Source: Chloroflexota bacterium (GTDB lineage Bacteria; Chloroflexota; Dehalococcoidia; Lucifugimonadales; Lucifugimonadaceae). Taken from it: 64,000 bases of DNA. Of the stretch, positions 8,041-16,997 are shown piece by piece. Made by a program: the position numbers and the translations under genes. The first letter of the stretch is position 1. Every line of letters starts with the position of its first letter. The stretch spans positions 13,198 through 77,197 of the forward strand of contig JAQBUH010000005.1 in the NCBI GenBank assembly GCA_027624075.1, given 5' to 3'. Under the pieces are notes generated by a model that searched no databases, was not told where the DNA came from, and worked only from the letters and a program-made list of their open reading frames with translations.

Positions 8041-9492
8041 TCACAGGTCCGGGTGCCGCATATGCCAGCCGGTGGATTGCTCGTGGGCGTGAGCCAGCTG
8101 CAACAGGCCAAGGTCGTCATGCAGCGCCGATGTAAGCATTGCGCCGATGGGTAGCCCGGTGCTTTCAGAGAACCCTGCGGGAACGCTGACAGACGGGTGG
8201 CCGGTGATGTTGAATGGCGCTGTGTAGCAGGCGTTAATGCCTCGGGAGTGCTCGCCCGGCCTGCGAGACCGCTCCGCAGTGACGAAGGGTGAAGTCGGCA
8301 TTGCGATGACGCGGACTCCGGAGCCGCGGCCGGCCCCGCTCCCGGCAAATACTTCGGTCTCCAGCAGGCCGCGCACGGTCCGGCCAACCTCCGCCGCGTT
8401 CAACAGGTCATGCGCGCCGAGGTACGCGCCCTGCAGCAGGTAGACGCGTGTGATCTCGCCATAGCTGTCCCAGCTCTCGCCGAGGCTCTTCGCGTGCCTC
8501 TGGTACGCCTCAGCGTTTAGCACGAGGAAATTCGCCATGCGGGCTTCGGCCAGACCCCGGACAGGCACGTCGACGACCTCGCAGCCGATCGATTCGAGGT
8601 CCGCGATGAACCTCTCGAAGGAGTCTGTGACCTCCGGCTCGTTCGGGGCGGAGCGTACGAATGTCCACGGCACGCCGACTCGCCAGCCTCGCACGTCCGC
8701 GTCATTGAGCTTCGCCGTGTAGCCAACCGGCCTTCCTGGCCAGCTCATGTCGTCTTCCGGCACGAACCCTCCAAGCGCGTCCAGCATTAGCGCCGCGTCT
8801 TCGACTGTGCGGGTGAGTGGCGAGATCTCGCTGTGCGAGTTGTGGTCCATCCCGAGGCGGCTGACAAGGCCGTGGGTTGGCTTGAACCCGATCAGGCCGT
8901 GCGCGCCTCCGGGCAGCCGGATGGAGCCGCCGCCATCTGTGCCGATAGCGGCCGAAGCGAGGCCGCCACTGGCTGCGACCCCTGAGCCTGAACTCGAGCC
9001 GACCGAGGCGAAGCGCGGGTTCCACGGATTCCATGGCGGCGGAGCGAGGTCGGCCTCGGACGGCCTCGACCAGCCGAATTCGTTCAGGTTTGCCTTGCCG
9101 ATGATGATCGCTCCGGCCGCCTTTAGCCGGGTGACGGCGGCGGCGTCGTGACCGGGGACCCAGTTGGCGAGCAGGTTGCTGTTATCTGTGGTGCGGAGAC
9201 CCTTCGTCGGAATCGAGTCTTTTGCCGCGATGGGAATGCCGGCCAGCGGACCGGTCTCATCGCCGCGGCTGACCGCCTCATCGACCAGTCTCGCCTGTTC
9301 AAGCGCTCCATCTTCGTCGACGGTGATGAAACTGTTCAGTTGAGGGTTGTGGGCGCGAATCCTGCCGAGGTATGCCCTCACCAGCGCGACCGCCGAAAGC
9401 TCGCGGTTACGGATGCGTCGCGCCTGTTCGGCGAGCGGCAGGTAATGGAGCGGCTCTTCCGGCTGAGAGTTCTGTTGGGTGCTGTCGGTCAT
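8041..9492 (-). CDS. amidase (amidase-signature family, GatA/AtzE-like)
   Basis: AS signature ..GSSSGSGVAASGGLASAAIGTDGGGSIRLP.. and Lys in ..IAAKDSI... Confidence 0.9.
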   Translation of the reverse strand: MTDSTQQNSQPEEPLHYLPLAEQARRIRNRELSAVALVRAYLGRIRAHNPQLNSFITVDEDGALEQARLVDEAVSRGDETGPLAGIPIAAKDSIPTKGLRTTDNSNLLANWVPGHDAAAVTRLKAAGAIIIGKANLNEFGWSRPSEADLAPPPWNPWNPRFASVGSSSGSGVAASGGLASAAIGTDGGGSIRLPGGAHGLIGFKPTHGLVSRLGMDHNSHSEISPLTRTVEDAALMLDALGGFVPEDDMSWPGRPVGYTAKLNDADVRGWRVGVPWTFVRSAPNEPEVTDSFERFIADLESIGCEVVDVPVRGLAEARMANFLVLNAEAYQRHAKSLGESWDSYGEITRVYLLQGAYLGAHDLLNAAEVGRTVRGLLETEVFAGSGAGRGSGVRVIAMPTSPFVTAERSRRPGEHSRGINACYTAPFNITGHPSVSVPAGFSESTGLPIGAMLTSALHDDLGLLQLAHAHEQSTGWHMRHPDL

Positions 9493-9548
9493 GGGGTTGG
9501 CGGTGGAACGGTGAGTGCGGGAGGGCGAGTTGGGCGGGTTCCTTCAGT

Positions 9549-9755
9549 TCAGGAGCTGTCTTCGCCGTCGACGGTCTGCGACAGCCGGCCAGCGTCCAAC
9601 TCGGCGGGGAACACCGGCGCCAGCGATGCCATGCGGTCTGCGGCGGCGCGCACTCCGGCAAGCAGGTTGTGCAGCTGTTCAGCGTCGGCTTCGCTGAGTG
9701 GGACTGCCGGTCTCAGGCGACGAAGTATGTCTGACGGTGATCCGGGGTCTTCCAA
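9549..9755 (-). CDS. small hypothetical protein, possible GatC/AtzG-like partner of the downstream amidase
   Basis: 68 codons with a TTG start, 56 nt upstream of the amidase on the same strand. Helical ..LSEADAEQLHNLLAGVRAAADRM.. is reminiscent of GatC-type helpers. Weak. Confidence 0.35.
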   Translation of the reverse strand: MEDPGSPSDILRRLRPAVPLSEADAEQLHNLLAGVRAAADRMASLAPVFPAELDAGRLSQTVDGEDSS

Positions 9756-10030
9756 CGGTCTTCTCTTGCGCTGTGGCTCTTGAGCCTGGGGTGCGGCGAT
9801 GATAGCAGCGCCGGACAGTGCTCTATTCAGGAGTTGCCAGCGGCGCCAGTGGGGCCTGAGATGCCGGGGCGAGAGCAGATGCTCAGAGCAAAGGTCCCGG
9901 TGGGGCGTCCCGGCACTCCCGGGGACATTGCGCCGCCGGTCGTTTTCCCGTGATCAGACGCTGCGTCCTACGCCGCAGGTGGCGAGTCCGTGACCGATGG
10001 CGGCGTGACGGTGATTTGAGGGATTTTCAG

Positions 10031-10066
10031 GCACATACAGCTATACATACATATGTAAATACATAG
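10031..10066. repeat. AT-rich alternating pyrimidine-purine tract A (core TATACATACATATGTA, 10042-10057)
   Basis: Read directly. 16-nt perfect Y-R alternation in a high-GC context. 15/16 identical to the core of tract B. Confidence 0.8.
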
Positions 10067-10432
10067 TGCGTGAAGCTGCCAGCCTGAACTGGCATTCGCA
10101 GATAGTTCGCCGCAAGCTCATCGGGATACGGCACTGACTGGCGCTCTGTACATGTAGTGGAGTGAGACCGCCGCACATCACCGCTTCGCAGATATTTGGC
10201 CCCGGTCTGGAGCCGGACTTGCGCCGTCTGGCCCCATCGAGCACTGCGTCTGCGCAGTCCCGCAGGGGCCAGGAGATCTCAGCGCCTGTGACCGTGCACA
10301 GCCGTCTGCTCACCCTGCGCTATCCAGGGCGGGCGCGAACGGAGGTCAGTGGCTTACGGTTCAGGGGATCAGGCGATCAGGCGGTGCCAATGGCGGTCCG
10401 GGTGCGATTGCCAGCCACCGGCGAGGCGCAGG

Positions 10433-10732
10433 CTAGCGGGCCTGTTCTTCGGCGAAGCAGTCCTCGACCACCTCTTCGCCGTAGAGCTCAGCCGTAATGA
10501 ACTTGAGCTGCTGGATATCGTCCTGGACGGAGTTGTGCACGGGTCTGTGGAGCGCGTCGCATAGATCACGGCTGTTGGCGGCAAGGATGGCCTGCGCCTC
10601 GAAGATCTCGACCGGTGTCTCCGGAACTGACGACGGGGAGTTCGAGGAGCCCATGAAGTTACCGAGCGCTCCGACCGCGAAGGGCAGGGAGATCAACTGT
10701 CCGAGCAGATAAAGCTTGAAGAGCATCCTCAT
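10433..10732 (-). CDS. hypothetical small protein with hydrophobic N-terminus
   Basis: GC-rich third positions. MRMLFKLYLLGQLISLPFAVGALG.. is signal/TM-like and is followed by an acidic helical region. No family recognised. Confidence 0.45.
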   Translation of the reverse strand: MRMLFKLYLLGQLISLPFAVGALGNFMGSSNSPSSVPETPVEIFEAQAILAANSRDLCDALHRPVHNSVQDDIQQLKFITAELYGEEVVEDCFAEEQAR

Positions 10733-11118
10733 GCAACCAGAATCACACAATTGGCCGGTACCGAAAAGCTCGGACGGTGTGCTTTGCGATTGCGACCGGA
10801 TGACGAAGAGTGTTTATTAGTCTCGCCGAGGCTTGAGGCCGCCGGAGCGCGGTTTTACCCCCGGAGGCCAGGAAAATGCCCGCGGAGTCAGGAGACGCTG
10901 GCGAGCACCGCGAGGGTCGTCATGGCTACCATGATGACCGGCATTAAGAGGCGAGACCGAAGCACAACCACCGGGTTCCTCCACTCAGAAATGGGCCAGA
11001 GACGGGCCGGAAACGGGTCCGCCAGCACCGATTATGGGTGCGGTCGCGTTAAGAGATCGTTACCCGGGGAGGTCATTTGACTGGAGGCTGGCTGGGACCG
11101 CCGCGCAGGGTGCGCACT

Positions 11119-11140
11119 CATATATACACACATATGTACA
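11119..11140. repeat. AT-rich alternating pyrimidine-purine tract B (CATATATACACACATATGTACA)
   Basis: 22-nt perfect Y-R alternation, about 85 nt downstream of the nudC stop. Confidence 0.8.
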
Positions 11141-11224
11141 GGCGTTAATCCCAGTTCAATTCCGCCATACATATCAGCGGCGTGGGGGGCCGCGAGCGGG
11201 CCGGTTGGCACCCCGTCAGAGCTG

Positions 11225-12154
11225 CTAGCCGCCGGCCACGTCGCCCTCGGCCCACGCCTTAATGATGTGGTGCGCGATGGCTATCGGCCCCGGCACCTTG
11301 AGATCGGGGTTCTCATCCTTCAGCGCGCGTAGCACCTCATCGCGGGTGAACCAGCGCACGTCAGACATCTCTTCCTCGTCCCGGTTGATAACGGCCGAGA
11401 GCGCCCTGGCGTGACAGCCGATCATCAATGACGAAGGGAACGGCCAGGGCTGGGACGAGTGATAGGTCACCTCTCCGACCTCGATTCCCGCCTCCTCACG
11501 CACCTCCCTGCGGACCGCCTCCTCTATCGACTCGCCCTGGTCGACGAACCCGGCGAGGGCGGAGAACATCCCGGACCGTGACAGCCTGCCGCGGCTCTGG
11601 CCGAGGACGCAGCGGTCTCCATGGTGAGTGACCATGATCACGACCGGGTCTGTGCGAGGGAAGTGCTCAGCCCCGCAGGACGGGCACTTGCGGACGTGGC
11701 CGCCCTTGGCAGACTCAGTCCGCTGGCCGCAGACGCTGCAGAATGCGTGGCGGGCATGCCAGTCAAGTTGCGCCCTGCTCTGGGCAAGGATGCCGGTCTC
11801 AGGGCCGGGCAGCTCTGCCGCCGCTGAGCGCGCCTCTTCAAACCGCCAGCTCTCCGGCAGGTTCAGCTCATGGACAGGGTCGTGGACCTCGGAGATGTCG
11901 AGCGCGAAGTGGGCCTTGCGGTCCATGAAGCCCAGGAATATGGGCTTCACGTCTATGTCCAGCCGCTTGACGTCTGCCGCGCCGATCCAGCCGAGAGCGG
12001 TGTGAGGGTTGGACTGCACCAGCACGTTAAGTTGCCACATCGGCAGCACGCGAGTCTCGGGACTGGCGAAGAGGGCTGCGAGTTGGACGTCGTCGCGGCG
12101 TTGCACGTCGCCTCGGTCAAGCGGGTTGCCGGCAAAAATATGGGGTTTCTTCAT
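11225..12154 (-). CDS. nudC: NAD+ diphosphatase / NADH pyrophosphatase
   Basis: Zinc ribbon CSVCGQ..CPSCG followed by Nudix box GFVDQGESIEEAVRREVREEAGIEV. ATG at 12152-12154 (MKKPHIFAGNPLDRG) chosen over the 89-codon upstream extension in the ORF track. Confidence 0.85.
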   Translation of the reverse strand: MKKPHIFAGNPLDRGDVQRRDDVQLAALFASPETRVLPMWQLNVLVQSNPHTALGWIGAADVKRLDIDVKPIFLGFMDRKAHFALDISEVHDPVHELNLPESWRFEEARSAAAELPGPETGILAQSRAQLDWHARHAFCSVCGQRTESAKGGHVRKCPSCGAEHFPRTDPVVIMVTHHGDRCVLGQSRGRLSRSGMFSALAGFVDQGESIEEAVRREVREEAGIEVGEVTYHSSQPWPFPSSLMIGCHARALSAVINRDEEEMSDVRWFTRDEVLRALKDENPDLKVPGPIAIAHHIIKAWAEGDVAGG

Positions 12155-12247
12155 TTTGTGATCTTGGTGCGGCGGCTGGCCCCGGGGCGGTTGCCGGGTG
12201 CGGGCTATTCTGCGCCTTCCCGGACTCGGGGGCAGGGGCTGGCTGAG

Positions 12248-12262
12248 GTGTATGTATATACA
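12248..12262. repeat. AT-rich alternating purine-pyrimidine tract C (GTGTATGTATATACA), inverted relative to A/B
   Basis: 15-nt alternation about 95 nt upstream of the nudC start. Its reverse complement shares TATACATACA with tract A. Confidence 0.75.
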
Positions 12263-12282
12263 GATCGAGTTCCAGAGTGGTT

Positions 12283-13008
12283 TCAGGTCATCTGGAGCCA
12301 CTCCTCCGCGATCACGCCGTTCTGCAGCCGTGCAAAGCCGAATCCGCTGACGGCCGGCGACCATGCACTGGCCTCGCTGGCCTCTCCGGCTGACCACCTG
12401 TACGCCACCCGCTCGCCCCACTCCCCGCCCGCAATGGCCTCGTCGACGCGGAAGACGCCTTCGTCCCAGCGAGTTCTAGTTTCCGATATATATACCCCGA
12501 GCCGGCGACGCCCTTCGACCGCGTTCGACCGTCCGTTGAGGTGCAGCACGTGCCCGCTTGCGACGTGGGTCTTGAGCGTTTGGAGCTGACCTGCGCCCCA
12601 ACCCTTCTCAAGGTAGTCGGTGACGACGGCGGACGCTATCTGGCGCTCCACCGACTGCAGGTTGTACTCGGACCACAGCTCCTCGACGAGCAGGCCGTCC
12701 GACGCTCTGAATGCGGTCGCCGCCGGAATGTCCATGCGGACCCCGGTTGGAGGGAACTTGAAGAAGCCGGGACCGCCGGTGTGGGTGCCCTGCATGCGGG
12801 AGCGGACCACCATCACATCGCCGTCTATATAGGTCCCTTCGAGCGGTCTGGCGAGGTCAGGAAAGTCCTTGCGAATATCGGTGATGAACTCGCCCTAGGG
12901 CTGTCCGATGCCGGCGACGTGGCGAGCGCTGGCCGGGAAGATCTGGCTGACGATGTTGACGTCACCGCTCGACCACAACTCGCAGTAGAGCCGTGCGAGG
13001 CGTTCCAT
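12283..13008 (-). pseudogene. SnoaL-like ester cyclase (tandem NTF2-like) interrupted by in-frame TAG at 12895-12897
   Basis: Same frame reads MERLARLYCELWSSGDVNIVSQIFPASARHVAGIGQP*GEFITDIRKDFPDLARPLEGTYIDGDVMVVRSRMQGTHTGGPGFFKFPPTG... The ORF track only reports the part after the stop. Confidence 0.6.
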
Positions 13009-13120
13009 TGAGCGGCGGTCCTTGCTGTCAGGCATTCAGGTCTCCATGTCGGTGTCTTGGCGCGCCGCCAGTCTACTCTGCGCTGACGCTGCCTCCCGCG
13101 ACGCTTGAGCCAGCCGGTGG

Positions 13121-14119
13121 CTACAGGTCTATCGCAAGCCGGAACCCCATGTTGCCGGTCGATGAGTCAGGGGTCGATGAGGTACGTGCGCCGACTCTAT
13201 AGCGGTTGCAGTAGGAGTCGTGGCACAGGTATGAGCCGCCCTTCGTCACCTTGGCCTGTCCCTGTCTCGGGCCAGCCGGGTCGACTCTCGTCAGGCGCCG
13301 CTCGTTCTGATGATATGTGGCAGACCACCAGTCCGAGCACCACTCCCATATGTTGCCTGCGGAGTCGAACAGGCCGTAGCCGTTCGGCGGGAAGGAGCCA
13401 ACTGGCGATGTGCCGTGGAAGCCGTCCTCTTTCGTGTTCGAGTCCGGGAAGTCTCCCTGCCAGATGTTGCACATGTGCTTGCCGTCAGGCGTGAGCTCAT
13501 CGCCCCACGCGAATGTCGCACCGTCCAGCCCGCCACGAGCCGCAAACTCCCACTCCGCCTCCGTCGGCAGGCGCGTTCCGGCCCATGCGGCGAACGCTGA
13601 AGCGTCGTTCCAGGAGACGTGGACTGCGGGGTTGTCTGGAATATCGCGCCAGCTCGAGTCAGGCCCGTGAGGATGACCCCAGTCAGCGCCGTTGACCTGC
13701 CACCACCATCGTGCGCTATGCACGGCAGACGTGATGCTCTTCCCGGTCTCCTCAGACACGAAGTTGTGGAAGACAAACGACCAGCCGAAGCGTTCAGCCT
13801 CAGTCGTGTAGCCGGAGTCTGCTGCGAACGATGCGAACTGCCGATTGGTGACCTCGCGAGCGGCGATTGCGAAGGGCGAGACCGTCACCTCTCGTATTGG
13901 CCCCTCGCCGTCGCCAGGGAAGCGCCGGTTGTCCGTGCCCATGGCGAAAGCGCCGCCTTCGAGGTGGACCAGGTCAGACCGCAGTTCTGCTTTGATGGCC
14001 GCGACGCCGGAAACCCTGCCGCTAGAAGCTGCGAGAGCCGGAGGCGCAGTGGCCGGCAGACCGCCTGAGCCAGATGAGCGCTCCGGCGTGCAGCAGGAGC
14101 AGTTGTCCTTGTTGGTCAT
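13121..14119 (-). CDS. formylglycine-generating enzyme (FGE/SUMF1 family)
   Basis: N-terminal CSCCTPER. ..HVSWNDASAFAAWAG.RLPTEAEWEFAARGG.., ..NIWEW.., ..KGGSYLCH..YCNRYRVGAR... ATG 14117-14119 chosen. Confidence 0.85.
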   Translation of the reverse strand: MTNKDNCSCCTPERSSGSGGLPATAPPALAASSGRVSGVAAIKAELRSDLVHLEGGAFAMGTDNRRFPGDGEGPIREVTVSPFAIAAREVTNRQFASFAADSGYTTEAERFGWSFVFHNFVSEETGKSITSAVHSARWWWQVNGADWGHPHGPDSSWRDIPDNPAVHVSWNDASAFAAWAGTRLPTEAEWEFAARGGLDGATFAWGDELTPDGKHMCNIWQGDFPDSNTKEDGFHGTSPVGSFPPNGYGLFDSAGNIWEWCSDWWSATYHQNERRLTRVDPAGPRQGQAKVTKGGSYLCHDSYCNRYRVGARTSSTPDSSTGNMGFRLAIDL

Positions 14120-14201
14120 GTCAGAGGTAAAGATACTTCTGCAGCTGTGCGGCCCGGCCGGCTCAGCTCGTTGCATCGGGCCTGTGGCGTTTGCCGTCCG
14201 G

Positions 14202-15494
14202 TCAATCAACGAACCGCTTTCCGGTCGTCCGCTCTTCCACGTCGTCACGGAGCCCGGTCACCTGCCGCTGGGTCAGCGCAACCAGGACAATCAACGAAAC
14301 CACAACGATCGGTCCCAGCGCAACTCCCCAGCGCACAGTGAGCAGGTCTCCCATAGTACCGGCCCAGAGGCCGCCGAGAATCGCAAGGCTCTGGTTGACG
14401 GCGTAGATGCCCATCACGCGGCCTCGGAGCTCGTCCGGCACGCGCAACTGGAGCGCGGTCATCGAGGTGATCATGAACATGCCGTTGCCGAAGTGGCCGA
14501 TAGCGACGAGCGGCAGCACGACGCGGTAGTCAGGCGCATGCGCTGCGACGAAGACCAGCGATGAGAAGATGAGCGCTGCTCCGAGGATGGTCCAGCCGAG
14601 CCAGCGGCCTGGCCTGATCCGGCCTGCGACAACGATGCCGCTGAGCGCGCCGATTCCCGCGGCAGAGAACAGGAAGCCGACCTGCGGGTCGCCGCCGCCG
14701 AACTCTTTCACGAACGCCGGAAGGATCTGGATGTAGCCGAAGACGAAGAACATGCTTGCGAAGTTGAGGCCGATGATTACGGAGAACAATCGAGTGCGCA
14801 CGATGAAAGAGACGCCAGCCCGGAAGTCTGCGAACACGTTGTGGGCCTGGTCAAGCACCGGCCGGCGCGCTGGCAGGAGCCAGGTCGATGCGGTCATCGC
14901 GGCGTATCCGCCCGCCGCCACGAAAAACCCCGTTGCGGTGCCAAACCCGGCGATTAGCAGCCCTCCGATAGTTGGCATCACGACTGAAGCCGACGCCATC
15001 ATCGCTCCGTTCAGATTGACGGCGCTCTTCGTGGCTCGCGGCGGGACGAGACGCGGGAAGTACGCCTGCCGTGTCGGGTTGTCGAAGCCGATGACTATTC
15101 CAGAGAGCGTGGCGAGCACGAAAACGTGCCATAGCACAACGGTCCCTGTGGCGATCAGCACTGCCAACGTTGTTAGCATGCCGGTTGTTGCGAGTGCCGT
15201 GTATCTCAGCAGGCGGCGCGTATCCATGCGGTCCGCCAGGACGCCGCCGAACAGATTGAAGATGATCGTGGGAACGGCGTTCGCCGCTGCGACAAGTCCG
15301 AGCTTGAGCGTCGAGCCTGTCATGTCGAACACGAGAATAGACAGGGCGACGACGTTCAGGCGCTGGCCGAGGAACGCCGCATACGAGCCAAACCAGTAGA
15401 TGCGGTAGTCACGGTACGAGAATGCACGGGTCGAGGCCGGGCGAGCGGGTGCCGAGCGTCTGACCGTCACCGAGGCGTCTTCGATGACTTCCAC
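14202..15494 (-). CDS. MFS transporter
   Basis: 12-TM pattern, ..GGVLADRMDTRRLL.. motif. Paralogue of the upstream gene. Confidence 0.85.
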   Translation of the reverse strand: MEVIEDASVTVRRSAPARPASTRAFSYRDYRIYWFGSYAAFLGQRLNVVALSILVFDMTGSTLKLGLVAAANAVPTIIFNLFGGVLADRMDTRRLLRYTALATTGMLTTLAVLIATGTVVLWHVFVLATLSGIVIGFDNPTRQAYFPRLVPPRATKSAVNLNGAMMASASVVMPTIGGLLIAGFGTATGFFVAAGGYAAMTASTWLLPARRPVLDQAHNVFADFRAGVSFIVRTRLFSVIIGLNFASMFFVFGYIQILPAFVKEFGGGDPQVGFLFSAAGIGALSGIVVAGRIRPGRWLGWTILGAALIFSSLVFVAAHAPDYRVVLPLVAIGHFGNGMFMITSMTALQLRVPDELRGRVMGIYAVNQSLAILGGLWAGTMGDLLTVRWGVALGPIVVVSLIVLVALTQRQVTGLRDDVEERTTGKRFVD

Positions 15495-15496
15495 GC

Positions 15497-16819
15497 TCAG
15501 GGCTTTTCGTCTTTCGCGGCGGCGGGGCCCGCAGGCACGTCTCGCTCAAGCTCAAACCCGCTAAGGTTTCTCACCTCCCGCTGGGTCGCAAAGACGCCGA
15601 TGACGATGAGGCTGAGAACCGCCGCGGAGATGGTCACGGCCCACCGTTCGTCCAGCGCCTCGGCAATAACTCCGCCCATGAGGCCTCCAGCCGGGATGAG
15701 GCTGAACGTGATGGTGTATATGCCCATCACCCGGCCGCGCAGGTGCGGCGGCACGCGTAGCTGGAGAGAGGTCATGGAGCTGATCAGGAAGATGGAGTTG
15801 GTGATGCCAACAAGGAAGATCATGCCCAGCGCGGCGGGATAGGTCGGCGCGAAGGCGAACCCGGACACGAGGAGGCTGAACAGGAATGTGCCGCCGAGCA
15901 TTGTCTTACCCACATGCTTGCTGCGTTGCCGCCTGCTGATTATCAACGTCCCGGTGATGGCGCCAAGTCCCAGGAAGGTGAAGATCACGCTCATGCCGCT
16001 TGCGCCGACATCGTGGCGCAGAGCGAATATCGGCATCAGTTGCAGATACTGCATGCCGAAGAACATGTTGGCGAAGGTGAGCGGGACTATCACGGCGAAG
16101 AGCCTGTTTCGAGCGATGAACCCGACGCCTTCGCCAAGCTCCTGCAACACGTTGCGGCGTGTCTCAGGCTTCGTGTGCGGGACGCGCAGGGTGAAGATGA
16201 CGGCCATCATGGTGATCCAGCCCACCGCGCCGGCGAAGAAGACTGACTCCGTGCCCAGGAATTCGATGGCAAACCCGGCGACAAGCGGTGTAAGGATCCG
16301 GCTGAACTGCCACATGACGGAGTTGAGTGCGACCGCGCTCATCATGTGTTTGCGCTCGATCAACAGCGGAAAGAAAGATGAGCGGACAGGGCCGTCGAAC
16401 CCCTGGAAGAAGCCCTGCACCGCTGCTATCGCTATCACGTGCCAGACCTCTACGACGCCTGTCACGACCAGCACGGCGAGAAGTGTCATTAACGACGCGG
16501 TCGCGCCGGAGATCACCATCATGATCACCCTGCGGTCGAGACGGTCTGCGAGTACTCCGCCGAACAGGTTTACAAGGATGGTCGGGATGGCGATGGCGCC
16601 GCCAAGGTAGCCGAGCGTGGCGGCAGACTCGCCCAGGTCGTTGGCGATCAGCCAGCCCATGCCGAGCATGGCGACCTGGATTGCGCCGACGGACGCGATT
16701 GAGCCGAGCCAGTAACGCCTGTACTTCGGCTCGCTAAAAGCGCCCGAAGACTCACGTATGCGCTCCCGGAGTGACCTGGGCGAGGCGGCGGGAGTCCTGG
16801 CGGCAGAGGTCGTGGCCAT
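15497..16819 (-). CDS. MFS transporter
   Basis: 12-TM pattern, ..GGVLADRLDRRVIM... In tandem with 14202-15494, separated by a 2-nt gap. Confidence 0.85.
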   Translation of the reverse strand: MATTSAARTPAASPRSLRERIRESSGAFSEPKYRRYWLGSIASVGAIQVAMLGMGWLIANDLGESAATLGYLGGAIAIPTILVNLFGGVLADRLDRRVIMMVISGATASLMTLLAVLVVTGVVEVWHVIAIAAVQGFFQGFDGPVRSSFFPLLIERKHMMSAVALNSVMWQFSRILTPLVAGFAIEFLGTESVFFAGAVGWITMMAVIFTLRVPHTKPETRRNVLQELGEGVGFIARNRLFAVIVPLTFANMFFGMQYLQLMPIFALRHDVGASGMSVIFTFLGLGAITGTLIISRRQRSKHVGKTMLGGTFLFSLLVSGFAFAPTYPAALGMIFLVGITNSIFLISSMTSLQLRVPPHLRGRVMGIYTITFSLIPAGGLMGGVIAEALDERWAVTISAAVLSLIVIGVFATQREVRNLSGFELERDVPAGPAAAKDEKP

Positions 16820-16935
16820 AATGGCGTAAGTGTGCGCCTGTTACGTCGGGAGAGGTAACTGTCGCGACAACGGTTTCGGGGCGTGCGCAGACGCCAGCGA
16901 AAGAGCCCGCCGCAGGTCCGGGCTCAACTTCCGGC

Positions 16936-16990
16936 CTGGCGCCGAATCAGGGGCCCGGTCGTGCGCCTGATCTGGCGCCCAATCAGGGGC
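16936..16990. repeat. 19-bp direct repeat CTGGCGCC(G/C)AATCAGGGGC x2 with an inverted half-copy between
   Basis: 16936-16954 and 16972-16990 differ at 1 position. GCGCCTGATC (16963-16972) is an inverted partial copy. Lies between the glmS stop and the MFS operon start. Confidence 0.7.
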
Positions 16991-16997
16991 GAAACCG

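Noticed and set aside
12895-12897. The in-frame TAG of the ester cyclase read as pyrrolysine or programmed read-through.
   Set aside because: Nothing in the window indicates Pyl machinery or a read-through context. A pseudogene or a base error is the simpler explanation.
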